From Candidatus Neptunichlamydia sp. (GTDB taxonomy: Bacteria > Chlamydiota > Chlamydiia > Chlamydiales > Simkaniaceae), in assembly GCA_965233865.1 (NCBI GenBank), contig OZ247587.1:1120001-1184000 (forward strand): a DNA stretch of 64,000 bases, given 5' to 3'. Positions within the stretch are counted from its first letter, which is position 1; every line of letters starts with the position of its first letter. The notes under the pieces were generated by a model. The model saw only the letters and a list, made by a program, of their open reading frames with translations, ran no database searches and was not told where the DNA came from. The translations under genes were made by a program, and so were the position numbers. This document shows, in pieces, positions 58,464 through 64,000 of this stretch.

Positions 58464-60638
58464 ATGTCGATGAGTTATTTAGATCAATTTCAGAAACACC
58501 TTAAGCATCATGATTACCCCTCTTTTCTCACACTTTGGGAGGAGTATTGTATGGGGGATGAGATTGATGGTGAGGAACTTAAACGCACCCTTATAAGAGT
58601 AAAAAATTCCGAGTTTGTCTCCCCGTTTGGGCGCCATGTTGAAAAAGCTTTGCATCTTTGGGGAACAATCAAAGAGACCGATCTAGGACATGACGTTATC
58701 AAACTAATTTTTGACATTCAAACAACAGACACCAAGGAACTTGGAAACCTCGCCTTTGAATATCTTAGACAGCACAACGCCGAAGACTCTTATTTTAACG
58801 ATAAGATTCGACTCATCGGACTGCGCAAAATGAAAACTTTTCAGGGTGCCATTAGTAATTATGAACTCTTAACACACATGAAGAAAGGGAATTTCGTATT
58901 CCACACTGGTGGATGGGGTGTTGGAGAAATCATGGATTTTTCTTTTTTAAGGGAGCAGCTTTCAATTGAATTTGATTATGTCGGAGGAACGAAAGACCTT
59001 TCATTCAGCAATGCATTTAAAACCCTCTTACCTATCTCTGATGAGCACTTTCTTGCTCTTCGCTTTGGAAATCCTGATGAGCTTGAGGAACGCTTAAAGA
59101 AAAACCCCGTTGAGGTTATTCATTGTATGCTTCGCGATTTGGGTCCATCGACAGCAGCAGAAATTAAGGATGCGCTATGCGAACTCGTGATCCCTGCAGA
59201 AGAGTGGGCGCGTTGGTGGCAGACCGCTCGAGCTAAGGTCAAAAAAGATACAATGATTGAAACCCCCGAGGACACTCGGAATCCCTTTAGACTTCGGGAA
59301 ACTGAAGTAGCTCATGAAGATCATCTTCAAAAAGCTCTAGAAAAAAAACCCGATGCTGCGGCTCTTATTCAAATGGTTTACTCTTTTCTTCGGGATTTTC
59401 CTCAAACAATCAAGAATGAGGAATTTCGAAAGAACTTAGAAGATAAACTCAAAGGAACCTTATCCGATGCAGAGATTTCTGATGCCCAGGAACTGCAACT
59501 TCATTTTTTCATGGAAGACTTGAGTGGAGGAAAGACCTATGCCCCAACAAAAGAACTCATTACACGCTTTACCTCTCCCGAGGACGTCATCAGAGATATT
59601 GAAATCGTCGCCTTTAAGAAACGAGCTCTCGTGGAAATTCGCAAACTACGCGAGGACTGGCCTATATTCTTTTTAAATCTTCTACTTATAGTCGATCAAA
59701 ACCCATTAAGAGATTATATCCTGACCGAGCTTCTAAAGATAAAAAAAGAAGCTGAGGTTAAAGTGAAACTTCAGGATCTTCTAGCTTTCCCAACTCGCCA
59801 TCCCCAAGTACTTCTATGGTACTTCCAGAAGATTATGAAAAACTCCACACTTCCCCTATCAGATCAGGAAGGGCAAAATCTCTTTTTTGAAGCTGTTTTG
59901 ATTTTACTTAGCAGCTTGGAACAATCCACAGGCTATCGCGATTTGATTAAAAAAATCCTGACATTTTTAACCACTCAGCGATATAACAATATTCGTAAAA
60001 TCTACAAAAGTTCCTCCAAAGAATCTGTTCAAGAGTTTCTCCTTCTAGCAACAAAGTGTCAGAGCTTTACTGAACATGACATAAAAATCTTTCATTCCCT
60101 TGCTGAAGTCGTTCACCCCTCTCTTGCAAACCTTGGGAAAAAATATGAGATGGATGTAGAAGATGAGAGCAATGTCATTTGGGCGACACAAGAAGGCTAC
60201 CAAAAAATCAAAGAGCGGATCAAGGAAATTTCCACTTCAGAAACAGTAGATAATGCTAAAGAAATTGAAGCCGCCCGCGCACTTGGCGATCTAAGGGAGA
60301 ATGCTGAATTTAAAGCGGCCCTAGAAAGGCGAGACCGTCTTCAAAGTGAGCTCCGCACGCTTTCAGAGCAATTTAACCGTGCGAGAATCCTCACAACAAA
60401 TGATGTGACTACCAATGAAGTGAGTGTAGGTGTAGTGGTTGATTGTCAAAGTGATGGAGGAGAAAAAATTTCATATACGCTGCTAGGCCCGTGGGAAGCA
60501 GACCCTGATAAACACATCCTTTCTTTTGAATCAAAACTAGCACAAAATCTTATGGGGAAAAAACCAGGTGATAAGGTGTCCTTCAAAGGACAGACATTTA
60601 CAATCTCTCACTTGAGAAATTATTTCAAAACACTCTAA
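58464..60638 (+). CDS. greA: Chlamydial long-form transcription elongation factor GreA
   Basis: C-terminal ARALGDLRENAEFKAA and LGPWEADP..ILSFES; long N-terminal extension typical of Chlamydiae. Confidence 0.92.
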   Translation: MSMSYLDQFQKHLKHHDYPSFLTLWEEYCMGDEIDGEELKRTLIRVKNSEFVSPFGRHVEKALHLWGTIKETDLGHDVIKLIFDIQTTDTKELGNLAFEYLRQHNAEDSYFNDKIRLIGLRKMKTFQGAISNYELLTHMKKGNFVFHTGGWGVGEIMDFSFLREQLSIEFDYVGGTKDLSFSNAFKTLLPISDEHFLALRFGNPDELEERLKKNPVEVIHCMLRDLGPSTAAEIKDALCELVIPAEEWARWWQTARAKVKKDTMIETPEDTRNPFRLRETEVAHEDHLQKALEKKPDAAALIQMVYSFLRDFPQTIKNEEFRKNLEDKLKGTLSDAEISDAQELQLHFFMEDLSGGKTYAPTKELITRFTSPEDVIRDIEIVAFKKRALVEIRKLREDWPIFFLNLLLIVDQNPLRDYILTELLKIKKEAEVKVKLQDLLAFPTRHPQVLLWYFQKIMKNSTLPLSDQEGQNLFFEAVLILLSSLEQSTGYRDLIKKILTFLTTQRYNNIRKIYKSSSKESVQEFLLLATKCQSFTEHDIKIFHSLAEVVHPSLANLGKKYEMDVEDESNVIWATQEGYQKIKERIKEISTSETVDNAKEIEAARALGDLRENAEFKAALERRDRLQSELRTLSEQFNRARILTTNDVTTNEVSVGVVVDCQSDGGEKISYTLLGPWEADPDKHILSFESKLAQNLMGKKPGDKVSFKGQTFTISHLRNYFKTL

Positions 60639-60650
60639 TATTAGGTCACT

Positions 60651-61250
60651 ATGGAAATTGTTATTGCCTCTCAAAACCTCCACAAAATCCGCGAAATCCG
60701 GGCTATCTTAAAACCTGAGCACCCTTTTGATTACCTTTCATTGCTTGACTTTCCCGAATATCAGCCGCCTGAAGAATCTGGTGAAACATTTGAAAACAAT
60801 GCTTTCATCAAAGCAACGCACGCTGCAAATACATTGAAGCGATGGGTTATTGCAGAGGATTCTGGTCTTGTCGTTCCAGCTCTAGAAAATCAACCTGGAG
60901 TGCGTAGCTCTAGATATGCAGGAGATACTGCCAGTGACAAGGAAAACAGAGTCAAATTAATTAATGCTCTTGATCATATCCCAGAAAATGAGCGAGTTGG
61001 GTACTATTTTTGCGCTCTAGCCTTCGCCTCACCTGATGGTATTCAAATGCAGGTTAAAGGATCTTGTGAAGGCTCTCTTCTTTTAAAACCCCGTGGCAGC
61101 CAAGGATTTGGATACGATCCTCTTTTCCTAAAATACGACTACAACAAGACTTTTGCGGAAATAGACGAAGAAACCAAAAATCGAATCTCTCATCGCCGCA
61201 AAGCACTGGATAAACTCACTCCCGCACTTGAAAACCTTTTGAAGACGTAA
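60651..61250 (+). CDS. rdgB: dITP/XTP pyrophosphatase (Ham1 family)
   Basis: ASQNLHKIRE, EDSGL, GFGYDPLF and KNRISHR. Confidence 0.95.
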   Translation: MEIVIASQNLHKIREIRAILKPEHPFDYLSLLDFPEYQPPEESGETFENNAFIKATHAANTLKRWVIAEDSGLVVPALENQPGVRSSRYAGDTASDKENRVKLINALDHIPENERVGYYFCALAFASPDGIQMQVKGSCEGSLLLKPRGSQGFGYDPLFLKYDYNKTFAEIDEETKNRISHRRKALDKLTPALENLLKT

Positions 61251-61252
61251 AA

Positions 61253-61738
61253 TTGAGATATCTCATTGACGCCTACAATCTCTTTTTCAAGCTTGAAAAA
61301 GAAATCCTTCCTCTAGAAGAAAAACGGGAGGAATTTATCTCTCTTCTCGACAAGGAAGTCGGAAATCTAAGACCCCCGGTCCTCCTTATTTTTGATAGCC
61401 ATAGAGAAAATGCTAAAGATTTTGCTTCAAAACGAAAGTTAAAAAATCTTGAAGTCTCTTTTTCTCCAAAAAACCTTTCAGCAGACCATTATATTTTAGA
61501 ACTTCTTGAATGGGATGCAAAAAATACGACTCTTGTTACCTCAGACAAAAGGCTCGCGATGGAAGCGAAACATCATGGCGCAAAAATAAAATCGATTGAA
61601 GCTTTTGTTCGGTTTATTTTGCGACAACGTGAGAGAAAAGACTCTGTAGCAAAACCAGAATTACAAGAAACCGACGCCAATATTAAGCGCTATCTTGACG
61701 CGTTTGAAAAAAGCGACGAGCAATCAGAGGACTTCTGA
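61253..61738 (+). CDS. YacP-like NYN-domain protein
   Basis: YLIDAYNL, LIFDS, SADHYI and LVTSDKRL. Confidence 0.85.
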   Translation: MRYLIDAYNLFFKLEKEILPLEEKREEFISLLDKEVGNLRPPVLLIFDSHRENAKDFASKRKLKNLEVSFSPKNLSADHYILELLEWDAKNTTLVTSDKRLAMEAKHHGAKIKSIEAFVRFILRQRERKDSVAKPELQETDANIKRYLDAFEKSDEQSEDF

Positions 61739-61744
61739 TCATAC

Positions 61745-62029
61745 CTACTCTCTTTTTACATGTTGAAAAAGAGGGATTTCTTCAAAATAAATTTTCCAAG
61801 AACGCTTATCTACAAAAAGAGAAGCATTTGATGAATATTCAGACGTTGTTACATGAAGAATACTTGCCTCAACCTCATTCACAATTTTGAACATTCGTTT
61901 TGGAAATGCAACATACTCTAGAGATCTCACAAGGTGTTGATAACCAAAAGAAAGAGAGCCACGATAAACATCGCTAAAACAAGGTGTATTCAGTACTGGA
62001 GTCGGCTTGCCTGTGACAAAAAATGTCAT
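61745..62029 (-). pseudogene. Short ORF, possibly the N-terminal remnant of a longer (NlpC/P60-associated) protein
   Basis: PTPVLNTP..VRSLEYVAFP..VTTSEY..LFVDKR recalls the N-terminus of longer chlamydial proteins, then ends abruptly. Memory-based. Confidence 0.3.
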
Positions 62030-62109
62030 ATTTCAAATATCTCGTGCAAAAAATATCTTTTCACTCTAAATTCATATTTTTAGAACTTTTCTTATAGCAT
62101 AGCACGAGG

Positions 62110-63726
62110 GTGAATATGAAAACATTTTTACGAATTGCGATTCTTCTGCCCCTAATCGCTCTATCCCTAGTGGGATGTAAACGGGGAGGAAGCTCATCAG
62201 CCCAAACCTCACGCGGTGCCCATCAGCAAGAAATTACGATCAATATTACATCAGAACCTCAAACACTAGACCCTCGCAAAGTACGTGCGCTTAATGATAC
62301 AAACGTCATTCGCATGTTTATGGACGGTCTAACTCGCACCGACAAGGAAGGAATAATAACTCTTGCTGTTGCAAAAAAAGTAGACATTTCATCCGATCAA
62401 AAGACCTATACATTCACTCTAAGAGAAAGCCATTGGTCAAACGGAGACCTAGTCACTTCCCATGATTTTGCATATGCTTGGAAAAAAAGCCTGACGCCCG
62501 CTTTTTTTGCTCCTAATGCAAACCTCCTTTACGTCATTAAAAATGCAAAAGAAGTAAATGCAGGCAACCTTCCATTGAGTTTGCTAGGAATTGAAACTCC
62601 TGATGAGAAAACACTAGTCATCAATTTGAATCATCCAACACCCTACTTTTTAGACATGATTGCTCATCCAATATACTTCCCCGTTAATGCCAAGGTCGAC
62701 CGCTCAAACTCTCATTGGGCAGAGAAGGAAACCTCGTATGTCGGAAATGGTCCCTTTACCCTTATTGAATGGAAGCATCACAATACGATTGTTGCGGAAA
62801 AAAACCCCAGATATTGGGACCACAAAGCTGTAAGCCTATCCCATATAAAGATGGTAATGGTAAGAGACACAGGGTTCAAAATGTTCGACGCAAAAGATAC
62901 CAGCTGGGATGGATCACCTTATTCTGCAATTCCTATTGATGCAATTCAAACCCTAAAGACAACTGAACAACTCCGCTGCATCCCAGCACTAGCAACGAGT
63001 TGGATACGAGTCAACATTGAGGTTCCCCCTTTCGATTCAAAAAAGCTTCGCCAAGCTTTTGCTTTAGCAATTGATCGACAAACAATCGTCGAACATGTTC
63101 TTCAGGGACAGCAGATTCCTGCCACAGGAATTGTTCCCAAAGCAATGGGCCTCTCTGATCGCCCTTACTTCAATGACGCAGATATCGCTGCGGCTCAAGG
63201 ACTTTTTAATGAAGTCTTAGATGAAATGGGCGTCTCAGTAAGTGACTTCCCTGAAGTTGTTTTAACATATAGTTCAGGGGAGAGGGCCCATTCTGTTGTA
63301 CAAGCTCTGCAGAGTCAATGGCAAACGGCACTTGATATTCGAGTCAAGTTAGAACCCGTTGAAAAGAAAGTCTACTTTGATCAAGTTTCTAATAAGAACT
63401 ACACCCTTGCCTTAGGAAATTGGTTTGCCGACTTTAGAGATCCCATTAATTTCCTTGAAATCTTCAAAACAAACGCTGGCACCAATAACACGAATTGGGG
63501 AAGCCCAATCTATGGAGAGCTCTTGGAAACTTCTTATCAAACGTCTGATAAGGAAAAGAGAAGAGATCTCTTTCGTAGAAGTGAGGAGCTCATCATGAGT
63601 GAAATGCCCGTCATTCCACTTTACCACTATACGATGCTTTACATTCAAGATGACAATCTTAAAGATGTGGTCTTGACAACAATGGGCGGTATCGACTTTA
63701 AGTGGGCACATGTGGATAAAAAATAA
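62110..63726 (+). CDS. oppA: Oligopeptide ABC transporter substrate-binding lipoprotein
   Basis: Lipobox LVGC; EPQTLDP, WSNGDLVTSHDF, GNGPF, WFADFRDP and PVIPLY. Confidence 0.9.
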   Translation: MNMKTFLRIAILLPLIALSLVGCKRGGSSSAQTSRGAHQQEITINITSEPQTLDPRKVRALNDTNVIRMFMDGLTRTDKEGIITLAVAKKVDISSDQKTYTFTLRESHWSNGDLVTSHDFAYAWKKSLTPAFFAPNANLLYVIKNAKEVNAGNLPLSLLGIETPDEKTLVINLNHPTPYFLDMIAHPIYFPVNAKVDRSNSHWAEKETSYVGNGPFTLIEWKHHNTIVAEKNPRYWDHKAVSLSHIKMVMVRDTGFKMFDAKDTSWDGSPYSAIPIDAIQTLKTTEQLRCIPALATSWIRVNIEVPPFDSKKLRQAFALAIDRQTIVEHVLQGQQIPATGIVPKAMGLSDRPYFNDADIAAAQGLFNEVLDEMGVSVSDFPEVVLTYSSGERAHSVVQALQSQWQTALDIRVKLEPVEKKVYFDQVSNKNYTLALGNWFADFRDPINFLEIFKTNAGTNNTNWGSPIYGELLETSYQTSDKEKRRDLFRRSEELIMSEMPVIPLYHYTMLYIQDDNLKDVVLTTMGGIDFKWAHVDKK

Positions 63727-64000
63727 GTTTGCCCTATTGGCATTTATCTTCTCGTCGACGCTTCTTTTTGGAGGCTCTGTAAGGATTTTCAATGACAGCC
63801 CCTACCAGCTTACAGCTAATATTCTAGCTGCAGATGGAAGCCATCAAGGATCTCTAACTCTAGCCCCTCAGCAACAAGCACAATGGCAAGATTTTTCTGG
63901 GAAAAATTCTACCTGGTCTCAAACACCCTACACAGTCATCCTTATCTGTAAAAATGGAAAGCAGTTTGGAACAATTAATGGTGTTCAGCAAGGGGGGACA
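63710..64000 (+). CDS. Exported hypothetical protein, 3'-partial (not in ORF track)
   Basis: Hand translation MWIKNKFALLAFIFSSTLLFGGSVRIFNDSPYQLTANILAADGS..SQTPYTVILICKNG.. stays open to the window end; signal peptide; overlaps the oppA stop. Confidence 0.7.
   Translation, partial: MWIKNKFALLAFIFSSTLLFGGSVRIFNDSPYQLTANILAADGSHQGSLTLAPQQQAQWQDFSGKNSTWSQTPYTVILICKNGKQFGTINGVQQGGT

Noticed and set aside
58464..60638. 724-aa GreA
   Set aside because: The long N-terminal extension is standard in Chlamydiae.
1..64000. CRISPR arrays, tRNA/rRNA genes, intact IS elements or prophage
   Set aside because: No regularly spaced repeats, RNA-gene signatures, complete transposase or phage genes were recognised by eye.

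Overview
A 64-kb chromosomal segment from an environmental member of the phylum Chlamydiae (Simkaniaceae/Rhabdochlamydia-like is my inference). Chlamydial markers include TopA with a C-terminal SWIB domain, the long GreA, duplicated ThyX, a MOMP-family porin, a 76-kDa-antigen-like OMP and RpoN next to UvrD. Three accessory regions interrupt the core genes (uvrD, rpoN, topA, uvrB, tyrP, recB, recC, thyX, lhgO, hemB, slyD-like, nqrA, greA, rdgB, oppA). (1) 2.7-10 kb: five membrane-anchored glycosyltransferase-like genes, three GT32/DXD and two degenerate GT2. (2) 12.8-34.4 kb: a glycan locus with a WaaL/Wzy-like protein, ManC, GmhA, a reversed-order HldE-like enzyme, a stand-alone ThDP E1 alpha/beta pair, four SDR epimerase/reductases, three methyltransferases, a 2OG-Fe dioxygenase, an ABC flippase and two TIGR04372-like GTs. 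(3) 37.6-39.9 kb: a mosaic island with an intact trypsin-like protease fused to a probable Ntox50-like RNase toxin domain. It is flanked by a TraD relic and two small minus-strand ORFs missing from the ORF track, a truncated Rpn nuclease and an orphan Phd/YefM-like antitoxin. All family calls come from motifs recognised by eye; no database searches were run. No rRNA, tRNA or CRISPR array was seen.
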